Part shown: piece by piece, positions 29,399 through 42,710 of the stretch
How positions within the stretch are numbered: the first letter of the stretch is position 1
Layout: the number at the start of each line of letters is the position of its first letter
Assembly (NCBI RefSeq): GCF_009914755.1
Contig: NC_060928.1
DNA: 64,000 nucleotides
Reading direction: 5' to 3' (one strand)
Origin: the human T2T-CHM13v2.0 reference genome, Homo sapiens
Program-made: the position numbers and the translations under genes
Notes under the pieces: model-generated
Told to the model about the DNA's origin: nothing
The model's input: the letters and a program-made list of their open reading frames with translations, nothing else
Database searches by the model: none

Positions 29399-29909
29399 CA
29401 GCAGCCCCCAACCTTTTTGGCACCAGGGACCAGTTTCATAGAAGACAATTTTTCCAGGGACCCGGTGTGGGGAGATGGTTTCCAGATGATTCAAGCACAT
29501 TACATTTATTGTATACTGTATTTCTATTATTATTACTATAATTATACAACTCAATATAATTCAGAGTCGTTGGGTACCCTGAGCTTGTTTTCCTGCAACT
29601 AGATGCTCCCATCTGGGGTTGATGGGACAGAGTGACAGATCATCAGGTATTAGATTGTCATAAGGAGTGCATGACATAGATCCCTCGCATGTGCAGTTCA
29701 CAATAGAGTTTGCACTCCTGTGAGAATCCAATGCTGCAGTTGATCTGATGGGAGCTGGAGCTCAGGCAGTAATGTGTGCGATGAGGAGGGGCTGTGAATA
29801 CAGATGAAGCTTCTCTGGCTTGCCTGCTGTTCACTGCTTGCTGTGTGGCTTGGTTCCTAACGGGCCATGGACTAGTACTGGTCTGTGGCCCAGGGGCTGT
29901 GGACCCCTG
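29399..29909. mobile_element. MER1A (hAT-Charlie non-autonomous), complete
   Basis: TIRs cagcagcccccaacc / gctgtggacccctg. 8-bp TSD atttaaag/attttaag. Confidence 0.92.
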
Positions 29910-31237
29910 ATTTTAAGAAGTAAGATAGCAACAAAAATAAGGATTTGTTAATTCAACAACGTTGTGAAGGTTTAGGAATTTCTTTTAATTTCACAGTGTT
30001 TATTTTTTGCCTGTATTTTCTAATTACCTGTTATATTTAATATAGAACTCCTAAAAAGGAGTGTGGGTGAAGACAGTAGTCTACCTGCCACCAACTTTAA
30101 TGAAAGAGAAAACTCAAAAAAATAAAGTAAGTGATGCAAAATCTGAAAAAGATGACGTCTGAATTCGATGGTCTTAAGAAAGAAGAGTTTATAAATGTCT
30201 AGGATACAGAAATGGTGACTTTAGCTTCAAGGAACCTATGTGGGGTTGCCTGAAATTTGTCTCTGTAATGTCACATGTGTGGAAGATACTGTATGTCATT
30301 AATAACTGATTTTGTGCCAATTGGAAGTATTATTAAATTACTGTGCACAGCACTTGGTAGCAAAATAATGGGATGTTTCTTACATATTCCTAGGTATTTC
30401 TGAATTTACTCTGCTGGTTTTATATAAAACATGAACATTGGAAAATAGAAAACAAGTATCCCAAAATCCTTTCCTAGTATGTGTGCCCATACCTCTCACT
30501 TAATGATTTCACATTATTGATAAATTTCCTCATTGATATAGTGCTCCATTTTATTAATCTTGAATTGGGCAAAAAAAGATGTAGTTGCTGCAAGGCACTT
30601 TCATTTGCCATCGTTTTCTCAAGGGCTCATATTCCTACATCTTCTGAAATACCTAATTAACTCTTGTTTAAAATGAGCACATGCAGAATATAAATGGAAT
30701 AAATTACTACTCATTGAAACTCAAATATTTCCAATTGAATAAATATTTGACAGAATATTAAGAGCTTTTTGAAGCTGTTTCACATAACCACTTAGAAACT
30801 ATGAATCCAGGACCCACTATTTGAAAAGTACATTACCAACAATAAGCAGCTTGTTCATTATAAGTCTCATTGATATGTCAAGTGACAGTATTAAATCGGT
30901 GACTAAATAAAGCTTACTATATCTAGGGTTAAAAAAGAAGGTTGGATTTACTTTCTGATTTGTCTGATTTTTATGTAATGACAAAAACCTTTTTTCAGGA
31001 GCATAAAGTTAACCAATTTATGTTATAAATGATAAACAGTGACAGTGTACTACTGCACATATCTACCCATAATAGGCAGACTTCCAAAGCAAATGAAATC
31101 ATGATCATTAAATTAAAATAACCCAGGTTCAATATATGCCTTGTCATCTCCTGAATATGAACAAAATTACTTCATTTCTCAGAGGCTCAGTTTCCCTGAT
31201 TGAAAAATGTGAGTAATAGTAGCATTCTGTTGATGCT

Positions 31238-31700
31238 GTTATTAGTCAGTTCAGTATAACATCATAGAATATCACAGACTTGCTGGCTCAAGCAACCAAA
31301 ACCTATTTTTTCAAAGCTCTGGATTCTGGAAGTCCACGATCAAGGTGCTAGCAGGGTTGGTTTCTAGTGAGGCCTCTCTTCCTGGCTTGCAGGTGGCTGC
31401 CTTCTTACTATTAGTTTGATGCAAACGTAATTGCATATTTTCCCATTAAAAGTAATGGCAAAAAAACACAATTATGTTTACACCAACGGAATATATCCTT
31501 CCACAGCCGTTTCTGTGTGCATGCACTCCTGGTGTCTCTCTTTTTATGAGGACCCCAGTCCTATTGGGTTAGAGTCCCACCTTTATGACCTAATTTAACC
31601 TCAATTACCTCCTTAAAGGTCTTATCTCCATCTAAAGTCACACTGGGGATCAGAGCTCCAACATGTGAATTTTTCTGGGCAGGGTAGCACATTCCATAAT
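31238..31700 (-). mobile_element. MLT1A/B-like MaLR LTR
   Basis: ctggaagtccacgatcaaggtgc, gaggcctctcttcctggcttgcag, tatgacctaatttaacctcaattacctcc. Confidence 0.85.
31411..31491. mobile_element. MADE1 (Hsmar1-derived ~80-bp MITE)
   Basis: Palindromic ttagtttgatgcaaacgtaattgc...caattatgtttacaccaacggaa with TA on both sides. Confidence 0.88.
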
Positions 31701-33869
31701 AGTTTTGTTTTAGTGATTAAATGGTATATGGCATGGATACTCAATATTTAATTACACAGTGGAAACTCAGAAGTGTTAACTGTTTTACTTTAATGCCATC
31801 ACCTATGAGTGAATTCTGATTTGCCTTATCTGAAAGCATTACATAGTAGACTATCCAGGCAGTTAAAGCAGCCGCTGTACCTGTCACCTTCTCATCTTCC
31901 CTGCATCTCAATTACTAGGGTTTCTGGCAAGGAGGTGAATCAAACCCCACTCAGTTCTCAGAGATTGTATTATTGTCCCTTCTTTCTGGTCACCACACCC
32001 AAGGTTTTCAAATCAGTTCACCACCATTCCCCAAATCTCAAGCTTCTGCAGAAATAAAGAGCAATATTGTAAAAATAAAGAAAAAAAAATAAAAGGAAAC
32101 AAAGGTTTGGACATGCTGAGTGTGACATGTACAAACTACACACACAAACACAAAATCACTAATGGCTTATCTCTATAGATTTAATATGCAATTTTAAAAA
32201 AGCAATTATGCATTATTAAAGGATCTGAAGGGTTCATATCTATTTTTACCTAGCTTTTATATCCACCCAACCCTCCACACACATCCCTTTTTTGACTCCT
32301 GCATTGGTTTTATTGTTCATTAAGAATACCAATTAGACGACAGTTCTTTATTTTAAATCAAGTTATGCAAATGTGGCCTACACATGCAGGTTTATTAATA
32401 AACAATATGTGTTTCATTTTCAGTTGCATTAATATTTCACACCTAAAATTGCAGTTATAGCAAGTTTACTAAAAAGACTTTCTAGCTAGAATTTAAATGA
32501 AAGAACAAAGAAAGACACTTAGCATATTGACTTTAGAAGGCTTTGGAACATATTATATTTTTAGACTAGTTATAGGAAATGTGGAAAACAAGTTCTGTAT
32601 CTGGAACAACATCTCATAATCATTTGTGTTACTTCAAAACAGACTAAATAATGAGTTCTGTTTATTCATAAAAAGAAAGCAAATTTTATACCATACTCCC
32701 AGAAATAAAATAATAGTATTTACCTAAAAATAACATGGTACATTTAAGATAATTCTGAACCAATATTTTGGATAAAGTAAACAATGTTTTTCTCAGTTTT
32801 TTTAGAGAATGCATTTAAGTTTTGAAAATTTCCTTCTGATATAAATCTTCCAAATAGATATTGCCGGGAACTATTATCAGTTTAGAAACTCAGCATATTC
32901 GTAAGTTCACTTTGCACTTGTATAGTTTTTCATAAGTCCAAATGTTTATACCTGACCTCTAGTTATTGACATAAAGAAAGATTAAGCATCTACATCTAAG
33001 ATAAGGCAATCAAAAGACTGTTTCTCCTAGGAGTTTACAGTACAAATGTTTGAGGTCAAATGTATCATTTGTTGATCCAGTTCAGACCTAGTTTCTCTAT
33101 CCAAGAACTTTTTTTAGGTCACTTTAACCCTACCCTATCTGTTTCAGAGTGCAAAGTATAGTTGAAGGTAAGAACAAGTAATCATAAAAAAAATAGATAC
33201 ACTTTTGAAAGTTCCAAGTAGTTGTGTAATAATGTTTATCACTGACAGATAATACTTGATATCAGCTTTTATGAAAAATGTCAATAAGCAGCAATCCATA
33301 GAGGAAAGATAATTTTTTCATTGCACTAATAGAAGCTCAGCTAATTTAGGATTTTAGAGGTGAGTGAAAATTGGCAATCATTTGTGAGGCCAGAAAAAGG
33401 TAATGATATGTATATGTCCTTATGCTTTTCCTATATGCTAGGCAGTGCTTTACATGATTTACATGTCTTCTTAACATGCTAGGAGATGAGATGGTTCTAT
33501 TCTTGTTTAAGGATTCTCAACTCCTAAGTGTGGAGCTTGGTTTCATTGTGACAGAGTCGATTTCCATAGCTGGAGCGCTTGATTACAAAGTTTTACTGAC
33601 TACTATGCTAAAGTTATGCACATGTTATAGGTAAAAAATCTTCTAGGCATTGTAGTAGGTACAAAATAAATAAACTTCTGCCCTTCAAGGTACAACTTGT
33701 GAGCAATTAATTATAATACCTTGCAGAAGTATAGAGCACTCATTAAAGTTCAAAGTGCTTTGGAGAGAGAAGAAATTTTCTGACTGGAGGACTGAAAATA
33801 TTTGCAAAAGGAAATTTGTATTTAGTTAGGTCTTGAAGAATGTATTGGATTTCATGGTGAAGTTTATTG

Positions 33870-34278
33870 TTTTTTCCAATTTATCACTCTCTTCTCTATG
33901 ATATAATTGTATATCCACATCCTTTGACATTTGACTTGGCAGTACCTCCCTCTAGAGCACATGGTGTATATTTACCTGCCCCAATGATATTGAGCTTGGT
34001 TATATGCTTTTCTGTGGTCATTGGAATGCCAGTAGGCATTATATAAACTGATATGACAGTGTTTGCTCCCTTGGACTTCTGCCATCACCATGAGAGAAGC
34101 ACGCCCATTAAGTCACCATATGAGACAAGTGAGGTAATTCTGAACCCAACCTTTAGCCTAGTGGAAAATCCAGCTGAACCACAACTCATCCAAACTCAAG
34201 AAGAAAAAATATAAATGTTTCTTGCAAGAAGACACCAAGATTTTGAAGTTTATGTTATACAATAAAAGCTAGATAATA
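33870..34278 (+). mobile_element. Old MLT1 (F-H-like) LTR, within L2/MIR debris
   Basis: tgacttggcagtacctccctctag, ttctgccatcaccatgagagaagc, aagattttgaagtttatgttatac. Confidence 0.65.
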
Positions 34279-34288
34279 TATATTTTAA

Positions 34289-34620
34289 CCAGGCATGGTG
34301 GCTCACACCTGTAATCTCAGCATTTTGGGAAGCCAAGGCAGGAGAAATGCTTGAGGCCAGGAGTTCGAGACCAGCCCAGCAAATATGGTGAAACCCCATC
34401 TCTACTAAAACAAAACAAAAAAACAAAACAAAACAAAACAAAAAACATAGCCGGGTGTGGTGGTGTGCACCTGTAGTCCCAGCTGCTGGGGAGGCTGAGG
34501 CAGGAGAATTTCTTGAACCTGGGAGGTGGAGGTTGCAGTGAGCTGAGCTCAGCCACTGTACTCCAGCCTGGGCAACAGAGCGAAACTCCATCTCAAAAAT
34601 AAATAAATAAATAAATAAAT
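34289..34620 (+). mobile_element. AluS with (CAAAA)n middle linker and (TAAA)n tail
   Basis: Full dimer; TSD aata(t/c)atattttaac. Confidence 0.93.
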
Positions 34621-36174
34621 ACATATTTTAACAGATAATGTGGTAAGAGACAGAGACTTTGAAAGAATGATATCATCAAAGACATAGAGCCCCCAAACAG
34701 ATTGAGAGAATAAATATTGAGTGCTATATCAGAGGACTGATAGAAATCTTCATGGAAAAGTATAAGAAGTGGTAAAGTCAGATTAGTCCATCAAATGTGA
34801 GTTCCATCAGGGCAACAGTTTCATTTACCTTGTCATTCTTTATCCTCAGTGTCTAAAACAACGCTTGTCACTCAAGAGCATTTGAAAAACATTTGTTGGT
34901 TGAGCAGATGACATGAACACAATTAAGGGTGTTTAAAAATTTTTCTTCAGCTGAAATCTGGGAGCCATCAAATGATTTTCAAAGGAGGAATTTCAGAAAT
35001 GGTATCAGGTTTAGTAAGTCATTTTTTTGGAGGAAGGATGTTTCATTCTCTGTAATACTTCCATTTTCATGTGGAAGGACCTCTCATAGAGAAACACTCC
35101 TGGACTAACTCACTCCTCCACAGGGAGAATGGATTGGAGTGGCAAAAATTTGGAGGTACATGAACTAATTAAGACTCTTCTTTGGCATACTTTTTGTGAC
35201 TCTGGTAGAGTAGACTTTTGTGATTCTGGTAAAGTAGACTTTTTCTTTTTTTGCCACAATGTATTGTTTTTTATTGTGTAGGATAGAAGCAAAAATGAGA
35301 AATAGAAAGGCAATCAGAATCTCTTTGGAGAATTTATTAAAATTATTTTGAGTGACTCATTCTTTGGAATCTTCGTTATACATTTCATATGTTCCTAGTG
35401 CTGCTGCTAAGATCTTTGCTACCATATAGAGAAACACTGCTGATGAATTAAATCAGGAAGAGGAAAGCAAAAAAGGGAAATGCAAAGGGAGAGAGTCTTA
35501 GTGATCATTTTGGGTTTCTAGATTCATGATTACCTGAAGCAAAATCCAGAACTTAAAATTCTTTTTTACATTGATTTATGGAATTAAAAAAATATTTTTT
35601 TTCTGTTTTGAGTTGGATTTCAGCTGGTTTGTGTTTGATTCCTCATAAGTTATAGTTGAAGGTGTTGTGATTAATGAATAGAATGAGATCAGTACTGCAA
35701 ATGGAAGGGAAGAGGATGAAATAAGTAACAGTATGGCCCTAGAAAAGTCAATGGTAATTTATTACATATAGGGGAAGAGAAGTATAAAAGAGTTAATGAT
35801 TACTCCGAAGTTTCAATTCTGGGCAGGATGGTGGCAACATGAAACTAAAATAGGAAAGACAAGAACGAGAGCAGGTTTATGGAGTTTCATGTTGTCTCTC
35901 ATGGATTTAAAGAATGAGTAGGATAGCTATATGGTTGTTAATAGAGCACAGTTAAATTTTGTCATTATAGTCCAAATGAGAGGTTTGCCATGCAATATTT
36001 ACTTAAATGCATTCAGCACAGTAATAGCGGAAGATTTCAGAAGAACTTATCTCTGGAAAGGAGTATAAAACTGAACTGGGGAAATATTTGTATGTAGGAG
36101 TGGGTAGAGAAAGAAAAAGCACTGAAGGAAACAGAGTGGGACTTCAGAAAGATACCAAAAGAGCCAGAGAAAAA

Positions 36175-36415
36175 GAAATTAGCATTTATCAAGGACCGAA
36201 TACAATGTTTTCAAGCATTTTCCGTGTCATTTCATCTATCATCAGAACTCTATGAGAAAGACATTACTATCATCATTTTACTGTTGAGTGAACTAAAACT
36301 TGGCAAGGATAAGAAAATTGGCCAAGAGCCCACAGCCAGGAAGGGCAAAGCTGGAATTCAAACACAAATCTGTTTGACTTTAAAACCCATGGCCTTTCTG
36401 CCACCTCCTGCTGCC
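36175..36415 (-). mobile_element. MIR SINE
   Basis: catcattttactgttgagtgaactaaaact, gctggaattcaaacacaaatctgtttgact. Confidence 0.75.
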
Positions 36416-36529
36416 ACTTTCACTAAAGGAAAGCACTATTATCAGAACCAATGAAAAATTAACTGCAAGGGACCAAGACCAAATGCTAGAGAAAGCGTTA
36501 ACAGGATATGAGCTAATTTGAGATCAACT

Positions 36530-36675
36530 AGTTCTCCTATTATCTTGCAGATGAGGAAAATAAAGTTAAATGATTTTTCCATAAACACACAGATGGCTAG
36601 CATCAGGGTCAGAAGGAGTACCTAGGTTTTCTGGAAGTGACTGTGGTGCCACTGACCATCACCACATTCTGCCTT
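36530..36675 (-). mobile_element. MIR SINE fragment
   Basis: ttgcagatgaggaaaataaagttaaatgattt. Confidence 0.6.
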
Positions 36676-37006
36676 CAATGTGAACTTCAAATCACAATAT
36701 ATTCAGTTATGACTAGAGCCATTAAGTGGTATGTCTTGGACTCTTGGGCATATCTTCATCATTTTCATTCCTGATTCATCTTACTGGATACCCGAAACTT
36801 TTTTTTCTATTGAATTAAGCATAGTTCATACAAAAGTAATTAAGGATATGTGGCACAAGGGAAACACGAATTTCACTGATGGGTTCAGGCAAATCTACTT
36901 GGCTTTGATATTCCAGTTTCTGATAATCTGACTGATAATAAAAGACTTGTGATAATAAGACTTGTTAACTAATAATAAATAAAACAGGCTTTTCCAGGAT
37001 TTCCAT

Positions 37007-37030
37007 ACACACACACACACACACACACAC
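37007..37030. repeat. (AC)12 microsatellite
   Basis: Direct reading. Confidence 0.95.
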
Positions 37031-37981
37031 GTATGTATCCCATAAATGCTAAATGCTTGATTTTATGATAAGTGGTATACTACAAATATAATCACCATAT
37101 CAATGCTAATAGCTATAAAGGAAACAAAATAAAGTTACTTCAAATACTTTGGAATACAGAGATGTATAGTGGTGGCGGGGAGAGAGAATGGGGGCAGGGA
37201 TTTCTTCATAGAAATGTCAGGGAAGCCACTGTGAGTTCAGGAAAATTAAAAGGAACCAGTCATGGGATGAACCCCCGCCCCTTCCCCAGCAAGTGGAACA
37301 GCAGGAAAAGAAACAGATGAGGTAGAATGCTATTATCATATTTGAGGACTAGGAACATTGGCAGTAAAGATGATAACTTTCTGGCCTGCAGACAGGTTGC
37401 TTGGGCTTTGGTTTACTCACTTGTTTGTGCAGAAAGGGAACTCCTGTGGTAGTCTTGTGGACCAGGCTAAATGCATCCATATTTCCTTTGCATCTTTATC
37501 AAGAAGATGGAAATGATTGCTCAGTGTGTTGCTGGGTGGCATTTTTCCAAGAAAAGTATCTTAAGCCCATTGTGATCATCTGACTTTTCAGGGTACATCC
37601 TGCATGACCAGTATCCACAGATTAGAATAATAAATTATGGCCTAGGGGTAACTCTCTTTCTTGGCAGATTAAAATAGTGATAAAATGTGTAAACATTCTA
37701 GAGATATTCCCTTCCAATTGTTGAAACAACAGTATATTTAAATCAGTGGGCCTCCATATTTTGGGTAAGCTGAGACACACAAAATATGTACCTCATTTCT
37801 AGAACAAGTGATTTGAGGTCAGAAAGGGGTCTGAGTATATTTTTAAAAGATTTTCCTCTAAATCAATAGATAAAACAACAACAACAACAAAATACTTTCC
37901 AGGTCATTCTGGTACTCATCAGTGATTGATAATTCTTAGTTTATGCTACAAAACATATTGGCACTATTGCTTAAATTCCAT

Positions 37982-38420
37982 TGTATCAGCTATCTCTTGC
38001 ATATCAAAGCTGTATTACAAGCTTCCCCAAATCTCAATGATTTAAAAAAATAAGTCTTTCTTTAACCCAAGAGTCTAATGGAGGATGTATAGGCTGGGCT
38101 TGGGGGTGGCTTTTTATGTCAGTTGGACTTACTCACAGGCCTGGTAGTCAGCTGACTGTTTCCAGGGGTAATGTGGGGGACTGGTTCACGTTGTCTCTCA
38201 TTTGACAGTTGTCTAGGCTGGGAAGTAGTGACAGCAGAAAAGCAAGAGAATGAACAAAAACATAAAAATACCTTTTGAAGTCTCTCTTTTCATTAAGTTT
38301 GTTAGCATCTCATTAGCTAAAGTCACATGGCCAAGCCAGATTATGAAGTTGCTTTGAGATTCCAAGATGTTAGAGGGAAAAGAGAAGAATGAGGGCATTA
38401 ATACAATTAAGTTAACACAT
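37982..38420 (-). mobile_element. Old MLT1 (G/H-like) LTR
   Basis: tgtatcagctatct, catctcattagctaaagtcacatggccaagcc. Confidence 0.65.
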
Positions 38421-38700
38421 CATACATAATCATAGCTACATCAAACACAGGAAGAAACTCCCTTTTATACTTTCCCTGCTACTCCAGCATCTACCTTCAA
38501 TTTAACTCGTTAGCTGAGCAGGCACAATAAGCTAGGCAGTTAGCTACAGTACATCTCTCAGCAAAGCAGATTCAGCCTGGAAGATTTTCCTGTTTAGAGA
38601 GAAACTAGTGGTAAGATCTAAGATCAATGTGAATGAGGGAAAATGTGCTTCAGCTGCTTTTTTTTCACTGTAATACTTCTAACTTCTCAGAAAAGGACAC

Positions 38701-39005
38701 ATTTATTATTATTATTATTTTGAGGAAGGTCTCACTCTGTTGCTCACATTGGAGTTCAGTGGTGCTACCACGGCTCAGGGCAACCTTGATCTCTGGTGCT
38801 CAAGTGATACTCCCCCCTCAGCATCCTGAGTAGCTGGGACTACAAGCACATGCCACCATGCCCAGCTAATTTATTTTATTTTCTGTAGAGATAGGGTCTT
38901 CCTATGTTGTGCAGCCTTTAATCTCGAGCCCCTGCGCTAAAGCAATCCTTGAGCCTCAGCCTCTCAAAGTGCTAGGATTACAAGCATGAGCCACCACACC
39001 CAGTC
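38701..39005 (-). mobile_element. AluJ, full length
   Basis: (TTA)n tail, ctcaagtgatactcc, ctcaaagtgctaggattacaagcatgagccacc. Confidence 0.9.
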
Positions 39006-39110
39006 GAAACTGACACTTTACTCTTCTCCCCTTCCTAGAACCTCCCTACTTATTTGATATCTAAACTGGCCATCTCCTCTTCTGCTTATTCAGATATATT
39101 GTGATACTCA

Positions 39111-39452
<342 letters not shown>

Positions 39453-42400
39453 CTAATCATAACGAGTTGGTGTAACATCTTAATATTTAAAATGCACACA
39501 TGATCTTTGATTTAGAATTTGTTTCTGGTATCTGTGCCTGCAGACCATCTATTTGGGGAGAGCCCTATATTGAGTGGATATTGGCGTGCTTCTGATGAAG
39601 GCTCAGCAAATCTCATACTCCTACTCAGACTCTGATTTTTGAAAGAAGATACTTATTCACAGGAAGTGCTTGGATTTCAACTGAGGTGGAGATGTCATTT
39701 CAGCAGGAGGTTTTCTAGGGCTATTGGCTTTGCCTGCTATTGGTAGGAGTATCTGAGTCCAGCAGGGTGTTAAAAATACATGCTGTGTTCTACCTTTCTT
39801 CAGTTTCCATGCCAGGACTCTCTGGGTTCTTGAACCTTTCTGAGGTCATTTCTAGTGTTTTTCAGCCAATTCTTTTATCACATTAAAGCTAGAAAACATA
39901 GATTAAAACACTCATCAACTCGTTTCAGCATTTAGAAAATCTCCAAAGCTTACTATTATTATTATTAATTTTTATTGAAACGAAGACTACTTATGAAACT
40001 CCAAAAGTTTGAAAACCTTTGTATAATAGGTTAATTTCGTTATATTATGCTCACCATACCTCCAATTATTCCCGATATAAAAATTCTAGAACGTGAAGAT
40101 AGCCATTTCTACAGCAATCAGAATATCCTGAGCAAAAGGTAACAGTCACGTAGATTTTTCTTTCAAAGTGGTAACTTAAAGTTAAGGGATCAATCTGCAG
40201 GGCTATTTTAAATGATTGGCTCCTGGGAAGGATGACCTGGTGTCTTTCTACAATGGCATGGTGATGTACTTGAGGAAGGGAAGGAGAAGCAGGGTGAATC
40301 CACTGTGAATTTTTGTTTTCCAGGCTTTTTCTGAGGAGCATGGTTGATACATAGAAGTCACCTTAATTTTTTAATAGAAAAACTATTTCACATTCTTAAA
40401 ATGTTATGCAAGTCATTATCCCTAACAACTTAACCAGCTGCTGTGCTTAACTATATTTCTCCGTATGAAAATGTGATGATTAATGTGACTAATGTAATGA
40501 TACAAGTACCACTTACCTACTTTTAAGTTAAAGAACTAAATTCCCTATTCAAATGCATTGGGATTACAATATTTTCACATTAGCTTGCACAGTTCAGTGC
40601 TTCTATCTAGAAGTTTTTTTAGAGATCTCTGATTAACTGCATTATCCTCACACAGCTTAAGCAATTTTTTTATTAGCTGTATTTTTAACAGCACCCAGGG
40701 GAGTTAGAAATTATTTTTAAGGTTAAAAATGACTGTGTTTACACACCTTTTCATTGAAGACCTAATTAGCTAGGTAATTTGAATAGCAGCAGTTGAGAGT
40801 TTTATAAAATACTAGAAGAGAGGCTACTTTATAATCGTTTCCGCAGTGAAAACACTCTTGAAATAGTGCTTGATTTTATGAATAAACTGTATCAGGATAC
40901 GTAGAGTTTTTAAAAAACTCGTACATTTTCCCTAGGATTAGGTAAAACTAACTTTGGAAGGGAATAAAAAATAACAGCCTATTACACTTTTGGATATTAT
41001 TTATTCTGTAATTCTCCATTAAATTTATTCAATTTGGCACCTATGCAAGGATTTCTTTTACTCTATTCATCTTGGTCACAATACATTTAAGCTTAAGCTA
41101 ATTTCTCCTACAGGGTATGCAAGGCAGACAGAGGTAAACTTTCAGGGTCAGAAAAATTCAGCCTGAGCATCTTCTACACAAGGTCCTTACCATCATCAAG
41201 AGAGAAACAGTAGTTCAAACTAGGGCTACTTAATGTACTGAAAGTACAGAGATTCGCCTGAATTGCACAATTTTCAGGTGGTCTTTTATGTTGCAATGAG
41301 AAATTTCAAGCATAATTTTTGCTCACACTTTGGGTTCTTAATGCCTTCCATTCAATCAGCATAGTTGTGTTGAGGCTAAATCCTCAAATACATTGAAAAG
41401 TAGCACTAAGAAAAATTAGGCCCCTAAATTATAATATTTCATAATATTTTTGATTTAGGGGCTCCAAAAGGACATACTTTTTCTACTCAAACAAATAGGA
41501 ACAGTTATGAAAAACATACAGGAGTCAGGCAGGTGGAGATAAAAATATCTTTACTATTGATAAAGGTGCATGGAGAATATGGCTTAGGGGCTTCCAGATG
41601 GGCTTATTTATTTGCCCTCCAGCTAAATTACTCCCTCAAATCTTCCCACAAAGGCAGAGCCTGTCATGTAAACTTACTACAGTTTGGAGCAACAAAACAA
41701 AGATGTATCTTCTCTGCTGGCCCCAGGGCATAAAATATAGGCACAGAAGTTGCTGAGCCGTATGTTACAATTTAATAAATTAGTCTTTTCTTCCTGGGGT
41801 GGAAGGCAGAACAGATCAAAGCCCACTTGTTACACTAAAAGAAGTCCCTCTACGTGGAGACATGAAGAAGGAGAGAGAACTGATACGCCTTGACAACTGC
41901 TGACAATTTGGTATATAATGGCATATCGAATCATAGCTTTCCGTCCTTCGGTATTGGTTTATATTAATAAAACTGAGCCTGATAAAAAGAAAAGACTACC
42001 TGCCTGAAATAGAAATGGTCAGATAGGTATAAATGATTATTTAAACAACCACTAGCTTTATAGCATCATCCTGCTATATTATATAATACATCAGGTATAG
42101 AAGAGCAGTTAAAAGCAAAGAGTTCTGCTATCTTAATGCTCTTTTTATCTTTGGCCTCTGAAGAGGTAGGCTGGAAAGTTATTCTTGTAATGTAAATTAT
42201 AGACATGGCTTTTAATGGTGTCAGCTGAGGCCATCATTTCATTTTACATAAAACACCAAACAGCTATTGGAAGTTAATGAACTTTCTTTATTAGCATATC
42301 AGGAACATTTAAACCAGTGATCTAGGAAAAAAAAAACAGCCCTGCATATCTGATCGTAAATTTTGGAACTCCCCATCACCTTGATTAATATTGTCTTCAG

Positions 42401-42710
42401 GATTGGGAAGAATGGTATTCAAATGCATGTGTATATTAGTGTGTTTTTTATTGTGGCATGTTTTATTATTATTTTTGGAAGGGAGCTGTATAATTTTATT
42501 CACTATTCTTATCATTATAATTTCCTTTTGGTTTTGTATACTACATAATGCTTTTTAAAATTATATGATACAATGTACTACACAATGCTTAAAAATATTT
42601 GGTTAGATGAATATAAATATATATTTAAGTTATATAAAATTATTTTTATGAATATATACATTAAAATTTACCTGTGTTAAGGACAAATACTTTAAAAGTA
42701 AGCATATAAA

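Larger units (their letters stand above)
31125..31785 (+). mobile_element. MIR split by MLT1A
   Basis: aaattacttcatttctcagaggctcagtttccc before, gtgattaaatgg...ctcagaagtgttaactg after. Confidence 0.6.
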
